Part shown: positions 21,203 to 32,176 of the stretch, in pieces
How positions within the stretch are numbered: position 1 is the stretch's first letter
How the letters are laid out: each line of letters opens with the position of its first letter
Source: Paramoeba atlantica
Taxonomy: Eukaryota > Protista > Discosea
Direction: 5' to 3'
NCBI GenBank assembly: GCA_977017575.1
Contig: CDRNVI010000053.1
Location: 248,001 to 312,000, forward strand
DNA: 64,000 nucleotides
The notes under the pieces: model-generated
Seen by the model: only the letters and a program-made list of their open reading frames with translations
Told to the model about the DNA's origin: nothing
Database searches by the model: none
Program-made: the position numbers and the translations under genes

Positions 21203-21943
21203 ATGAAGAAAAAAACGGAGTCCCGGAGCGACGATGAAAAAAGCGCCCTTCTGGATGTAAAATACGCATGTGAGGCGGCGGAGGCCACTATGAAATGCTG
21301 GGAATGTATTTCTCACGAGATTTCTAAGGTACTTCACCTTTACATCAGTAGTGCAGCAAGCATATTGCCGGACAGTAAATCGCTTGAGTCAAAAGTACTA
21401 ATCAGCTTGTCCAACAACTGCACTACGACCGACGAATTTTTAAGACAGGTTTTTTCACCCAAAAAAAAGTTTTGGAAACAAATAATTCCTTCAAGAACAG
21501 AGAGAAATTCTTGTGAAGGTTCATCATCCGAAAAAGATATTTCGAGCTGCTTAGAGAAACTTGCTACTGTATGTTCTTGTTGCTTACAGATTTCTTATGC
21601 TCTTTCTCACGCAGCAGGAAACCGATTTCACGAGAATAGTGAAATCAGAGATTATTTTCTACGTCTGTTTCGCAAAGCGGACAATGTTTTTAAACGTTTT
21701 TGCGAATTACTTCGTCAAGATTTACTTGCACAACATGAACTCCTGCTCGAATGGAGTGACGTTGGAAATGCGCATCTGTGTGTAATCAATTACGAAGAAG
21801 AGTGCAGTGCAGCTGGTAATATCCAGCTTCCTGAGCATCTTATTCGTGAACGAGAAATCATAATAGAAAAGAAGGTCAGCAATATAACGAAATACAAGGA
21901 CTTGTGTAACGAACTCAAATCGTGTGTAGAATGTATGTCATAA
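21203..21943 (+). CDS. Hypothetical helical protein (possibly BAR-like)
   Basis: ~246-aa helical ORF in the + strand gene row. The BAR resemblance is only an impression. Confidence 0.5.
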   Translation: MKKKTESRSDDEKSALLDVKYACEAAEATMKCWECISHEISKVLHLYISSAASILPDSKSLESKVLISLSNNCTTTDEFLRQVFSPKKKFWKQIIPSRTERNSCEGSSSEKDISSCLEKLATVCSCCLQISYALSHAAGNRFHENSEIRDYFLRLFRKADNVFKRFCELLRQDLLAQHELLLEWSDVGNAHLCVINYEEECSAAGNIQLPEHLIREREIIIEKKVSNITKYKDLCNELKSCVECMS

Positions 21944-22081
21944 ATGAGTTGAAGATTCGTACAACGCCGTTCGACCGAATAGAAATATACAGTACAGGCT
22001 TACACTGTATTAATGTATGCACCGTCCTTGATGATTTTCTATTGTAAACATTTTTTTCTCTACAGTTTTGCCCTTAAAGAT

Positions 22082-22762
22082 ATGCCCAAGAAGAAAACCT
22101 TCAAAGAGTACGATTTTAGTGATGACGAATCCGTTTCGGTGAAAAGACCAAGAAAACGATCTGCGAGCGACAACCACACCCACAAGTTTTCCGTTGCAAA
22201 GAAAAAACGAAAAACGCACACACTACAGCTCCACGTACCTGGGGATCCCGCATTCGCCCCTCATGCAGGGCCATGTGAGACAACCCCAATCGATTGGGTC
22301 GGCACGACTTGTCGATGTTTGCGTTGCGAAATTCTCCGACTACACCAACGTATCGCTCAGGCGTCTCATGTAGCCCTGTTCGATTTAGATAATTTGGGGC
22401 ACCAGGCAAGTTGCTTGCCTCAGGACCAGTCCCTTCCCGCTGGTTTACTCCCGTGGGGATTTAGTGGTCCTGCCTGCGTAGTGAAGGGTAAAAATATGTG
22501 GACTACACCGTGTGGTCCGGTCGATCAGGCGGCAGATTCTGTAATGGTCCAACTGATCAGCGCTCTACTGACGCGGAGGCAGCCCCCTGCTGTCTTTGTA
22601 ATTACCGGGGACAAAGGTCTACTCACGCAGGCCGGAGAAAAAGGAGCCACTCCCATGTCCGTTTCTGATCACGCAGTTTCCTCATTACGAAATGTATGGC
22701 AGGACATTCTTGCGCAATGCTTAAATACTAAAAGAGCTATTTCGCGGGATGGTCCAACATAA
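22082..22762 (+). CDS. PIN/NYN-like domain protein (similar to the ZNF451 C-terminal PIN-like domain)
   Basis: The acidic motif pattern ALFDLDN ... WGFSG ... DQAADS ... VITGDKGL fits a PIN-like fold. The N-terminus is basic and NLS-like. Confidence 0.55.
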   Translation: MPKKKTFKEYDFSDDESVSVKRPRKRSASDNHTHKFSVAKKKRKTHTLQLHVPGDPAFAPHAGPCETTPIDWVGTTCRCLRCEILRLHQRIAQASHVALFDLDNLGHQASCLPQDQSLPAGLLPWGFSGPACVVKGKNMWTTPCGPVDQAADSVMVQLISALLTRRQPPAVFVITGDKGLLTQAGEKGATPMSVSDHAVSSLRNVWQDILAQCLNTKRAISRDGPT

Positions 22763-23053
22763 ATTATTTTCGTGCCTTCTTTGAGGGGGAGGGGCGCTTA
22801 GTGCATTTTTTCAAAATACTTTTCTACAACGCGTTAATATTTAACAAAAAGAGAACAAATAGACAAAAACGTTGGTTTTCCTTCACCTGAAGGTACCAAG
22901 AAAGTATTGAACCATACTACCACTGTCTTACACTCATTCAAGTCTATCTATTCAAAAATACTTGTCCACATACAGTGCATGTTTGGGGCATGAGTCTTGA
23001 AAAACTCTCCAGAGAATACAGGAGTTTCGCCCTTATGATGCTCGGATACCATC

Positions 23054-25435
23054 ATGACCGCAGAGACTACTAAAACCGAGGTAGTGAATCCTGAAGTCAT
23101 CAAGTGGATCAACGACCACCTTAAGGATGATCCCACAGATGCGGTAAGACTTGTCCGGGAAGCAGAACAAAACCCAAGAGCAGAATTCGAGGATACGAAA
23201 CGCTCACCAGAAAATCCTTCTCAGTTTCCTGTACATTTATCTTCCAAAGCAAAAGAAATGACAAATACTTTGCAAAATTTAAGAAACGCTGCTTGTAGGA
23301 TACACTCGGATGCTAAAGAGTTGCTTCAGAAAGCTAAATCTGTTACCGACCCATTGTATGATCTTGTACAGCTTCGGAAAAAAGCTCACGCTTGTTATGA
23401 CCGAGAACGCAAATTGGGTGCTCTTCAAGAAGCTTTGCCGAGGTTCTACGAAATGTTGGAAACCAAAGATTACACTTCTCTTTTTGCGGCTATTGAAAAA
23501 TTGAGAATCGATAAAGTAGACATGGCACTAGATTATGTCCACACAGAGACTGAGGGGGGTTCCATAAAACACAAGATTTGCGATTTCTTTTCTCATTGTG
23601 CCTCCGAGATTGAGGAATCATTTCGTTATTGTATGCTCATCGACACGGTTCCTACAATAGAAATTCACGAAGAAGTGAGCTCACCAACTGCAATGCAGCC
23701 TACTGTAGACCAAAGCAGAGTGATAACGGATGCGATTGTGAAACATGGAAAAGCATTCTTCCGTCTTGCTGGTATATTTGGGGATGTATTTTGTTTTAAA
23801 ATTGTCCAGGAATTAGTTCTTACGCATCTCGACGCGTTCAAAAAAACGAGAGAGAGCTACGATATGTACGAAACTTCTCTTTACGAACGTATTTCGTGTC
23901 GCATTCAATGGTTTGAAATGTGGGCAGAATGTTATGAAAAACAATTGTCACAAATTTGTCCTTTGAGATGGGACGTTGTCCGGCAGATGGTCTACGAATT
24001 TGCTGCCTACCTGGAGCGGTACCTTCGAAAACAAGTTACTAAAATTCTGACCACAGCTGAAATCAGTTCACGCGACATCGCGGATGTATCTAGATGCATT
24101 CAAAAATTTGTTACGGAATGGGAGGCTCGCAGTTCGGTTTTGCACGATGCCTTGATTGAAGTTGCGAATCGTGTTGAGAACGCAGACCCCAAAGCCGAGT
24201 TAGCCACATACCCCCCTATTCGCAACACACTTCCTTCATTACTACATGGCTTAGAATCCTCGCTTCACCCACTTGGGGAAATATTCGTGGCCAAAGAGGA
24301 GGAGCTCTTTGCGTCTTTTATTGCAACTACTAACGAAGGATTGTTGACACAAGGAACACAAGTGGCCACAACATGTTTAGTACTGTCAGACAGCTCTTGG
24401 AACTCGCCACGAATTCTGCAATCAGCGGATAATCTTGCTAAAATGTTTTTACAGTCACTCACGGCGACGTTCGAAATAAAATTTGAAAGCTACAGCGAAG
24501 AACTCTTTCATGTTATGGACTTGAAGCTCAGCGAATACATTGCCATATTAAAAATGTTCACCGGTAAATACTGTACGAAAGAAGCAGGGAATATAGTCTT
24601 TGTGCTCTTGAATTCTTTTACGTTTCTTTTTAGCGTCATGCAACATTTAGAAGTTATGTTGCACAATCACGATATGAGTGCTTTTGGTCACGAACAATTA
24701 TGGAAGGAAAGCACCTCGCTTTTGCCACGAACGTTTTCGAAGATTTTTCAGAAGTACACTGAGCGACGTGCATCTGCTCTCGTTCAACACTTAGAACAAT
24801 TAAACAATGATAAGATGTTTTCGCAAAACATAAAAGACGGTACCCTAGGAAACAATTTTGTTCAACCGTATCGCCGATCCCTTGAAAAATTAATGACAGA
24901 GGCCCGTAGCAATCTACTCGAGACGCTCTATCGTTTTATACTTACGTCTACTGTGCGCCAATTGACCCCTCAATTGATGAAATCAATATTAGGCATATCC
25001 AGCCTCACAGTATCGCAATACCAAAGTCTCCAACTAACTACTGAATTCCTTGAGAAGGCGTTTATTGCAATCAGCGCATTGGATTCCATGGCTTCTCTTC
25101 AAAAAGAAATAAAAAAAGAGTTTAGGCCAGTTTTCCATCTTTTGCAAATATTGAAATGCAATACCGGTCCCGCACTAGTACAGAGTTACCTTGATCTCAT
25201 TCCATTGCCTAGGCGTAGCATCTTAGAATTCAGTGCAATACTCGACACAAAATGTGCTTCACGGATGGATCGACTTGCTGCAATCGAAATTTTGAAGCAG
25301 TTGAACGTTCACGAATCATCAGCAGAGGCGCCGACATTCATTTCTTCTGTGCGTGAAGATACTGCTGAAGATAATGAAAGCGGTGTCTTCATCTTAGAGT
25401 CGTGTACTTTGAATCTCCAGTCTTATTTTCTCTAA
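23054..25435 (+). CDS. VPS53: GARP complex subunit Vps53-like
   Basis: WINDHL N-terminus. ISCRIQWFEMW..YE...ICPLRWDV...YEFA resembles the Vps53 RRY.WFKR.L..Y...FP..W motif. Length is ~790 aa. Confidence 0.6.
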   Translation: MTAETTKTEVVNPEVIKWINDHLKDDPTDAVRLVREAEQNPRAEFEDTKRSPENPSQFPVHLSSKAKEMTNTLQNLRNAACRIHSDAKELLQKAKSVTDPLYDLVQLRKKAHACYDRERKLGALQEALPRFYEMLETKDYTSLFAAIEKLRIDKVDMALDYVHTETEGGSIKHKICDFFSHCASEIEESFRYCMLIDTVPTIEIHEEVSSPTAMQPTVDQSRVITDAIVKHGKAFFRLAGIFGDVFCFKIVQELVLTHLDAFKKTRESYDMYETSLYERISCRIQWFEMWAECYEKQLSQICPLRWDVVRQMVYEFAAYLERYLRKQVTKILTTAEISSRDIADVSRCIQKFVTEWEARSSVLHDALIEVANRVENADPKAELATYPPIRNTLPSLLHGLESSLHPLGEIFVAKEEELFASFIATTNEGLLTQGTQVATTCLVLSDSSWNSPRILQSADNLAKMFLQSLTATFEIKFESYSEELFHVMDLKLSEYIAILKMFTGKYCTKEAGNIVFVLLNSFTFLFSVMQHLEVMLHNHDMSAFGHEQLWKESTSLLPRTFSKIFQKYTERRASALVQHLEQLNNDKMFSQNIKDGTLGNNFVQPYRRSLEKLMTEARSNLLETLYRFILTSTVRQLTPQLMKSILGISSLTVSQYQSLQLTTEFLEKAFIAISALDSMASLQKEIKKEFRPVFHLLQILKCNTGPALVQSYLDLIPLPRRSILEFSAILDTKCASRMDRLAAIEILKQLNVHESSAEAPTFISSVREDTAEDNESGVFILESCTLNLQSYFL

Positions 25436-25438
25436 TTA

Positions 25439-25520
25439 CTGTGACCCCCCCTTTATACTTCGCTGGTCAGAACCCCCCCTTTATACTTCGTTTTTTGTGT
25501 GGCCCCCCCGAAGGGGGGAC
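25439..25520. repeat. Solo MITE-like terminus with internal direct repeat
   Basis: TA|CTGTGACCCCCCC resembles the ends of the 356-704 element. CCCCCCCTTTATACTTCG occurs twice. No partner end was found. Confidence 0.4.
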
Positions 25521-25824
25521 GATTTTTTTTAATTTTTCGTAATTTTTCTAAAGTTTTTAGAAAAAAACATGAACGTTCTAAGCCTTCCCTTCTAGAAATG
25601 GCAGGTGATATAAAAGGAAAGACAGGAAAACAGGATGAGCCGCGCCGCGAAACACTTATGCTTATACCATGTAATGGTAAATTTTGCGCGGATCCTATAA
25701 AATCTATGATGCATATTGATACTAAACATTAGTTAAATAGGTACTGAAAGGAGAAAAGCCTCGCTTAATAAAATAAACAACTTCGTTATTGCTAACAAGC
25801 ACTACTTGCTATAACAAGTATACA

Positions 25825-28008
25825 ATGGACAGCAGTGTACACCACCATGTTGTTCCCGATCCGTTGTGTCTCTGTATACGAATGAAAAAGTTATACCAAC
25901 ACTCGACACCACATTCTCCACCTAGTCGCACTTATTTTCTACGCGTGCGCGTGGAATCTTCGCAACAATATTCATCATACCACATTGGCTGTAATCCAAC
26001 TTTCGACGAAGAATTTTATTTCGTAGTGCCCGTAGAAAGCATCAAGTCGGAAGTTAATAAAAGAACTACCCAGAAAACTGATTTTACTAATATCAAGGAT
26101 CTGAATTTGCATATTAAGGTGTACCACTACATAAAATATGGTGTTACCGAGGAAGTAGGTCACGTGTCATTAAGTCTGTCTGCCGATTTTCCCACAAATG
26201 CAACTGACGTTGTGCGAACACGAGCTGAGGAACATGTCCTGCGGTTGCGGCGAACCAGTACTGCCCAAAGATTACGAGACATTTTTCGAAAGGCGAATCC
26301 TGCTTCGTGGTCGGAGTTGCGAAAACGAAATCTACGCAGGCCTAGTTCACCTCTTCGTGCGATACGTCACCGAAAGGCTTTCGATGAACGCGCTAACAAA
26401 TCAAATTATTCCTTTATTCGATTTACCACCGAATTCATCAAATATCGCCCAAAAACTACACCCATCATAGGCTATGTAACACTCAATATGGATAGAATAC
26501 GATTCAAAAAATGTTTAACTGAAAAAGGCAGACACGAGCCGTTGTTTTACGCTATACTGCAATATGAAAATCACTGGTCAGTGTTTCAAAAGCGTGAAAT
26601 TATGTCCGAACTTCTGTTCAAGGATAGCGTGAGTTTGGCCGTACGTGACTTAAGTTCCGATATTAGCATCGCTTTTATCTCACTAGGGAGCAATGCTTTA
26701 CATCAACGACCTGTCGGAATTTTAAGGCTCAAGCTTAATAAGTTTCGAGCAAACAAGAGATACGAATTTACAGACGTGAATCTTGGGATTCACAACCAGG
26801 ATACCCCAATAGCTGTAAGCTTTAGCATCGACATCAAACTTACAACCAGTATGTTTCGACTGTGGGAAAGGATAAGCTGTCCCATTCGTCAATACTACGC
26901 TTCTCAGTTCTCTTTAACCGAGAAGGTACGTATTCGAGATGCAGAGTCAATATACATGCAACGGTATTTACGCACTGCTCTGGGCATTCCGTCGCACATA
27001 GCCTCTATTTTTTTCGTTAGAAACAGCTCTGTTGTTGGTTTGTTTCATACTCTACGACAAACGAAGTGTAGGTTAGCCAATGCAATAGAACCTTTCAACG
27101 CAGCGCTTACTTTCTTGCACAGGGTACAACATTGGGAACGCCCATGTTATGCTGTTCTATTTCACATAACTTGGCCACTTATCGTGCACTATCCTGATGT
27201 TCTGCTCCCATTTCTAGTGAGTGCAATCCTGTTCGGCATTCTTCGCGGATATAAACCGTTTGAGTTGAAAATTACGGAAACAAAACAAAGGACTTGCCCT
27301 GTTGCGCATGGTAGGCATATGCTCGATGGGCCTGTGTCAAAGTTCCATGAGACAGAAAAAACGGACGTAAAAAGGAAAGGTATAAAAGCAAAAATATGGC
27401 CCTGTTTGAATCGTCTATTTTCTCCATGTAGGCGCGTGGGATCATTTCGATCGCGTTCGTCACCGATCGTTACGCCTTGTACCAATGCGTCGATCGAGAC
27501 GGTGACTGATACAAGTAGATTGCGAACCGAAACCTGGCGAATCTGTGATGACGACAATGCGAACATTGACGTTTCTGCACCTCCTGATGGAATGGACGAG
27601 GAGCAAAGCGAACCGAAAAATTCCTCAGAGCAAATAGAAGCCAGGCTTTCCGCCTTGAAGAAGCTTGAGCTCAAGTTCGGTTCAATTCGAAGAGGCCTCC
27701 GAATTACCAATGAAGGGGTTATTCAAATGTGTGAATTTGCGGAACGTCTCCATGCACTGTTCCTGTGGGAAGATCCTCATGTTTCCACCCTCTTTGTTTT
27801 TTGTTGTATATTGGCACTTCTTTTGATGTCACTTTTGGGGTCTCGAATGGTAGCAATACTTGCGGGATACTATGTTTTTCGGCATCCTGCGTTTCGTGAT
27901 CCATACCCGAATCGATTGGTGTCGCTATTCTATCGACTTCCCACTCGTGATGGGGACTTGCATTGTTTACGTCCTCCACTGCAGAGCAAATCATTTCATC
28001 CTGCTTGA
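25825..28008 (+). CDS. Multiple C2-domain transmembrane protein (MCTP/FTIP-like, PRT_C domain)
   Basis: C2-like segments (NPTFDEEFYF; PVGILRLKLNKFRANKRY). C-terminal WEDP..TM..RHPAFRDPYP...FYRLPT is typical of PRT_C. Confidence 0.7.
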   Translation: MDSSVHHHVVPDPLCLCIRMKKLYQHSTPHSPPSRTYFLRVRVESSQQYSSYHIGCNPTFDEEFYFVVPVESIKSEVNKRTTQKTDFTNIKDLNLHIKVYHYIKYGVTEEVGHVSLSLSADFPTNATDVVRTRAEEHVLRLRRTSTAQRLRDIFRKANPASWSELRKRNLRRPSSPLRAIRHRKAFDERANKSNYSFIRFTTEFIKYRPKTTPIIGYVTLNMDRIRFKKCLTEKGRHEPLFYAILQYENHWSVFQKREIMSELLFKDSVSLAVRDLSSDISIAFISLGSNALHQRPVGILRLKLNKFRANKRYEFTDVNLGIHNQDTPIAVSFSIDIKLTTSMFRLWERISCPIRQYYASQFSLTEKVRIRDAESIYMQRYLRTALGIPSHIASIFFVRNSSVVGLFHTLRQTKCRLANAIEPFNAALTFLHRVQHWERPCYAVLFHITWPLIVHYPDVLLPFLVSAILFGILRGYKPFELKITETKQRTCPVAHGRHMLDGPVSKFHETEKTDVKRKGIKAKIWPCLNRLFSPCRRVGSFRSRSSPIVTPCTNASIETVTDTSRLRTETWRICDDDNANIDVSAPPDGMDEEQSEPKNSSEQIEARLSALKKLELKFGSIRRGLRITNEGVIQMCEFAERLHALFLWEDPHVSTLFVFCCILALLLMSLLGSRMVAILAGYYVFRHPAFRDPYPNRLVSLFYRLPTRDGDLHCLRPPLQSKSFHPA

Positions 28009-28161
28009 ACTGCAGCACTCCAACACATACATACAGTATACAACCATGTACATATACAAACCTGTGTCAAACACTTGTTAAACGTTCTACAGACCTAGGA
28101 TCAGACGATACCTAGGCTCTACAAAACCTAGAATAAGCCGTACCTGAAAAAATTCAAGTGC

Positions 28162-28285
28162 TTTATCCGTTTTTACTCATTTTTTCCTTGCACTCGACAA
28201 CTCTTTTCCTTGCACACTTTCCCGTACAAAACTTTCTCGTACACTTTCCCGTACCCTGCCGCCAAAATGAGCACAAACGGATAAA
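28162..28285. repeat. Small foldback element: 22-bp inverted arms around 12-bp direct repeats
   Basis: TTTATCCGTTTTTACTCATTTT versus the reverse complement of 28264-28285 (2 mismatches). Internal ACTTTCYCGTAC occurs three times. Confidence 0.55.
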
Positions 28286-28431
28286 ATATTTCGGGCAAAT
28301 TTACTGAGTGAGGAACATTGGGGGGGGGGGGGGGCGCAGCTCGTACGAAATGCATTTAGAAAATCAGTTCGTAACCTCTCGCTTTAATCCACTATTTTTT
28401 ACTCACACACACGACTCTGACCCTTTAATTC

Positions 28432-29529
28432 ATGTCCAAAACGTCTCGCCTCAACCGTTTCCTCAACCTCCGGCACTCCCACCCCTCTTCCTACCCTCCC
28501 CCTCACCACCCCCTCTCCCCTTCCCCCCTCCAACCCCCCACCACCCCTTCCCCCCCCCTTCTCCACACCCCCTACCGCTTCCTACGCACCACCCCCTCTT
28601 CCTCATCCTCATCCCTAACCCCTCCCCCTCCCCCTCCCCTCAGCAGCCGTAACCCCTCCGCCTCCCTCCGTACCTCTCCCCCCTTCCCCTTCTCTCCCTC
28701 TCCCCCCCCTCCCCCCGAACACGACTTCATCTTCCCCTCCCCCTCCGCCTACACCCAGCCCCATGCCCTCTACGACGGCACCGTCTACCGCGAGAGGACC
28801 CTTTCGGAAGCTCAGGAGCTCTCCCCGCTCCTCCACGAACCCCTCACGCCCCCCCGGCACGGGTCTGCTCACCCCCGCAGCTCCTCGCGTGAGCTGAAAC
28901 GGGAAAGCGTGGAGGGGAGGCACGGGGGGACTGTCGAGTCCGATCTCCACGCCCTCCCCTCCCCCTCGGGGCTCCCTTTCGAGGATGGGCGCATGGCGGA
29001 GGGGGTGCTGGAGATGGATGTGGAGGGGCAGATTGGCGCGTGCTGGCAGGACACCGCGACGGCCTATGGGGAGGATGTGGAGGGGCTGCTAAAGGTGCTC
29101 CAGGAGACCCAGGCGTGGGATCCCGTGGTGGTGTGCACGAAGGATAAGACCTACGCGTTTGATTATATTGTGTTTGCGTCGTGTCACGGGGCACGGCATA
29201 TTAGCTTGGTGTCGTGGGGGTTGCAGGAGGCGAATCGGTTTGTGGGGTTGGCGAGGGCGAATAAGAGGTTGAGAGATACGGAGTGGGAACCGATTCCGGT
29301 GGGACGGATCGTGGTGAATCTAATGACGGAGGAGTTTAGGAAACGGGCCCAATTTGAGAGGAAGTGGATTTTGACGAGTTCGTGCGACCCGCTTGATTTT
29401 TGCCACAATGCGGTATGCGAAGGGCGGGGAATTGCCTCCCATGGGTTGTGGTCACTCACCCTCAACCTACAGGACCTGGAGGACTACGAAATCGATTACT
29501 GCCGCGAAGCTTTGCTGCGCCAAAGTTAA
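28432..29529 (+). CDS. MALSU1: RsfS/Iojap (MALSU1-like) mitoribosome assembly factor with low-complexity N-terminal extension
   Basis: LLKVLQETQAWDPVVV...FDYIVFASCHGARH...WEPIPVGRIVVNLMTEEFR...ERKW is the RsfS pattern. Confidence 0.75.
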   Translation: MSKTSRLNRFLNLRHSHPSSYPPPHHPLSPSPLQPPTTPSPPLLHTPYRFLRTTPSSSSSSLTPPPPPPLSSRNPSASLRTSPPFPFSPSPPPPPEHDFIFPSPSAYTQPHALYDGTVYRERTLSEAQELSPLLHEPLTPPRHGSAHPRSSSRELKRESVEGRHGGTVESDLHALPSPSGLPFEDGRMAEGVLEMDVEGQIGACWQDTATAYGEDVEGLLKVLQETQAWDPVVVCTKDKTYAFDYIVFASCHGARHISLVSWGLQEANRFVGLARANKRLRDTEWEPIPVGRIVVNLMTEEFRKRAQFERKWILTSSCDPLDFCHNAVCEGRGIASHGLWSLTLNLQDLEDYEIDYCREALLRQS

Positions 29530-30022
29530 TGTATACATAATCCCATATGTAATTTGTGGGCATTGAAACTTGCTACATCATCGAAAAAATGAATTTTTTG
29601 TTCTGATACCTCCTCTTTTAGTAGCCGATGAATCGATGATTATTCCTAGCAAAAAACTATTGCATGTTGCAAATGAAGCAGACCCGTCATCCAAAGTGCT
29701 GTCCATGTACTTCCGATTTAATGTTATAGAACGTGTTGTATTTCAACTTCCGCATGAAAAGTCATCATGAAAAAAACATGCCCGTTATTCAAGGCAGGAC
29801 TTTCTCAGAACCAACGTTCCTATTGAGAAAAATCCGATCGAATGGGCTAGATTATCCACATTCATGTTCTTTAATCTGTTTCTTCCCCGATCAAAAAAGT
29901 ATTCTACCAACTTTCCAAACTCCTTTTCCACCATTCTCATCCACAAAACAATGCGTCTCTTCCCGTAGGCATACTCCCTTCCAGAACTCTCCCACGTCGT
30001 TACGGCTCTCTACTCCCCCCAC

Positions 30023-30781
30023 ATGCCCCCCGCTACGCCTCTACCCGCACACCAGCGTCGTGGCATTCCCACCCCTGTGGTACAACTCGGGCCCCGCACG
30101 GTGCCTCGATACGCAGGGGGGTGGATGTTTCAGTTTGCCCACATCTACGCGCTCCACCAGGAGATGAGTCGTCCCGGGGTTCACTGGTTTCGTGCCATGG
30201 AGCTGTGGCACGTGGCCCGGGATGAGGGGGTGCCGTACAACACACAAAACTATGCCGGCCTACTCCGCACGTGTAATCGAGACGCGCAGTGGGCACAGGC
30301 GCTGCGTGTGGTGCGACAAATGGCCCGAGAGGGGGTTTCCTATGACCAGAGTTGTGCACAGAGCGTGCTGGCGGTGTGTGTGAGGGGGTTGAGGTGGGAA
30401 AACGCCTTGCAGGCTTATAACCTGTTTATGCAGAAGAAAGGGATAATGCCAGATGATATGTGTGGTGTTTCGCTTTTTCGTGCACTTCGGATAAAGTTTG
30501 AGAAGGCTTCGGATCGGGATACGCAGGTCAAAGAACTCTGCAGTGCTGTATTGTCCATAGCCAAGCGTCATCCGCTACTGCTTCAAGTTCCGCACAGCGC
30601 CCAGGAGGCCGTATTACTACTTGAAGCGATTCCGGCATCTGATGCCCAAGAGTCGAAAAGAGACATTGCCCTTGAGTATGTACGAAGGGGCATGAAGGCG
30701 GAGAAGCTTCTCGTGGTTCAACATAACGAGGCCTTGATTGCCGAAGAGGAACTAATCGATAGAGATTACGTAGCTCCATAG
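30023..30781 (+). CDS. Pentatricopeptide-repeat protein
   Basis: 35-aa repeats, e.g. NYAGLLRTCNRDAQWAQALRVVRQMAREGVSYD. Confidence 0.7.
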   Translation: MPPATPLPAHQRRGIPTPVVQLGPRTVPRYAGGWMFQFAHIYALHQEMSRPGVHWFRAMELWHVARDEGVPYNTQNYAGLLRTCNRDAQWAQALRVVRQMAREGVSYDQSCAQSVLAVCVRGLRWENALQAYNLFMQKKGIMPDDMCGVSLFRALRIKFEKASDRDTQVKELCSAVLSIAKRHPLLLQVPHSAQEAVLLLEAIPASDAQESKRDIALEYVRRGMKAEKLLVVQHNEALIAEEELIDRDYVAP

Positions 30782-30973
30782 CAGTTGTACGTTTTCTATG
30801 CATTGCTGTATCAAATCTTACTCTTGTGACAGAAAGACGATAAATAATCTACATACAGTACATATAATATTTCAAATAATTTGGGATGGTCCGTTCTCCG
30901 AAAGCTACTAAAAGTACATTACGTACATTAAGCTTAGCGTAAAATTATCAATAACCTTTACAAAGCGCTGGAT

Positions 30974-31690
30974 ATGAATACACAAACTGTTGCAGAGCGT
31001 TTCACGCGACGTGCAGGGAAGGTCAGTGGAACGATTGTACCTCAAGAATATCGCTTGGCTAACTTCATTCGTAACGCAACGGCTGTTTGTGCCTCGTGGA
31101 ACACCCACACCCCTGCTTGTGAGTGGTTCGGGGTTACGTGTAATAAACAGAAAAAGGTTACTAATATTGACTGGAGTGAGCGGAACTGCGGGGGTGCCCC
31201 TCAATGGGATGCGTTGCCTGATACCGTCCTGGATTTAGTTATGAACAACAACAAATTAAGCGGCCCGCTATCCGTATCACACCTTCCACCGAAACTTGAA
31301 AACATTAAGATCAGTTTCAATCATTTAAGTGGAACATTTCAATTGTCGGAGCTCTGTCCTTCCTTTCTAAAATTTGACGTTGCACACAATGACTTCACTT
31401 CGATGGTAGATTTATCGCAGTTGCCGGTAGCTATGGAAGGAGTTGACGTATCACAAAATCAATGCTACGGGGAACTTGAGCTGCGGTATCTACCAAAAAC
31501 AATGATATGGCTATTTTTATCAAACAATCGCTTTACTGGTGAAGTCATCTTGTCTGAATTACCAGAAAAATTAAAAGTCTTATTCTTGGACCATAATCCA
31601 GAGCTGCATGGACAAGGATCGATATGTCACTTCAGAAAAGAACTGTATTTGAGGAGTAAAGGAACGCGAATTAAGGCTATCGGTTTATAA
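30974..31690 (+). CDS. Leucine-rich repeat protein
   Basis: Family leader PQEYRL..F, N-cap SWNTHTPACEWFGVTC, then about 5 LRRs. Confidence 0.9.
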   Translation: MNTQTVAERFTRRAGKVSGTIVPQEYRLANFIRNATAVCASWNTHTPACEWFGVTCNKQKKVTNIDWSERNCGGAPQWDALPDTVLDLVMNNNKLSGPLSVSHLPPKLENIKISFNHLSGTFQLSELCPSFLKFDVAHNDFTSMVDLSQLPVAMEGVDVSQNQCYGELELRYLPKTMIWLFLSNNRFTGEVILSELPEKLKVLFLDHNPELHGQGSICHFRKELYLRSKGTRIKAIGL

Positions 31691-32176
31691 AGAAAATCTA
31701 ACTTATTATTTGAGGCTACTTCTCAATGATTACCATAAGACGCAGATGAAGAATACAAATATATTAGTGGTGGACCGGAACAAGGCCTTACTCGGTGAAT
31801 GAAAGAGGAGAAAGATCGCAGAGCAATAACATCCCCATTTCTCGTGTATCCGCTCGAAAAACGCACGTCACACCTTTCATGCCCTTCAAGTTGACGTGTA
31901 TTCGAACCTGTCTTCAAATGGCGTGGACTTCGAATAAAATCTTATAGTTGATACCTCGTATAAATATATTATTTTCTCCTTTACCCGCTGCTGCGGAATT
32001 ACACGAGAATATATTTAAAAAAGTGTTTATGCGCATTTTAATTTTCCAAGATGAGACGTTCAGCACGCTTAGCTGCTCGGCGCGACGATTCAGAAAACCT
32101 TAGTGTTCAGGGACGAACAGCTTAGCTTCCAGAATGTAATCAAGTTAATCACAGGAAACGAAAATCACGCCACAGT

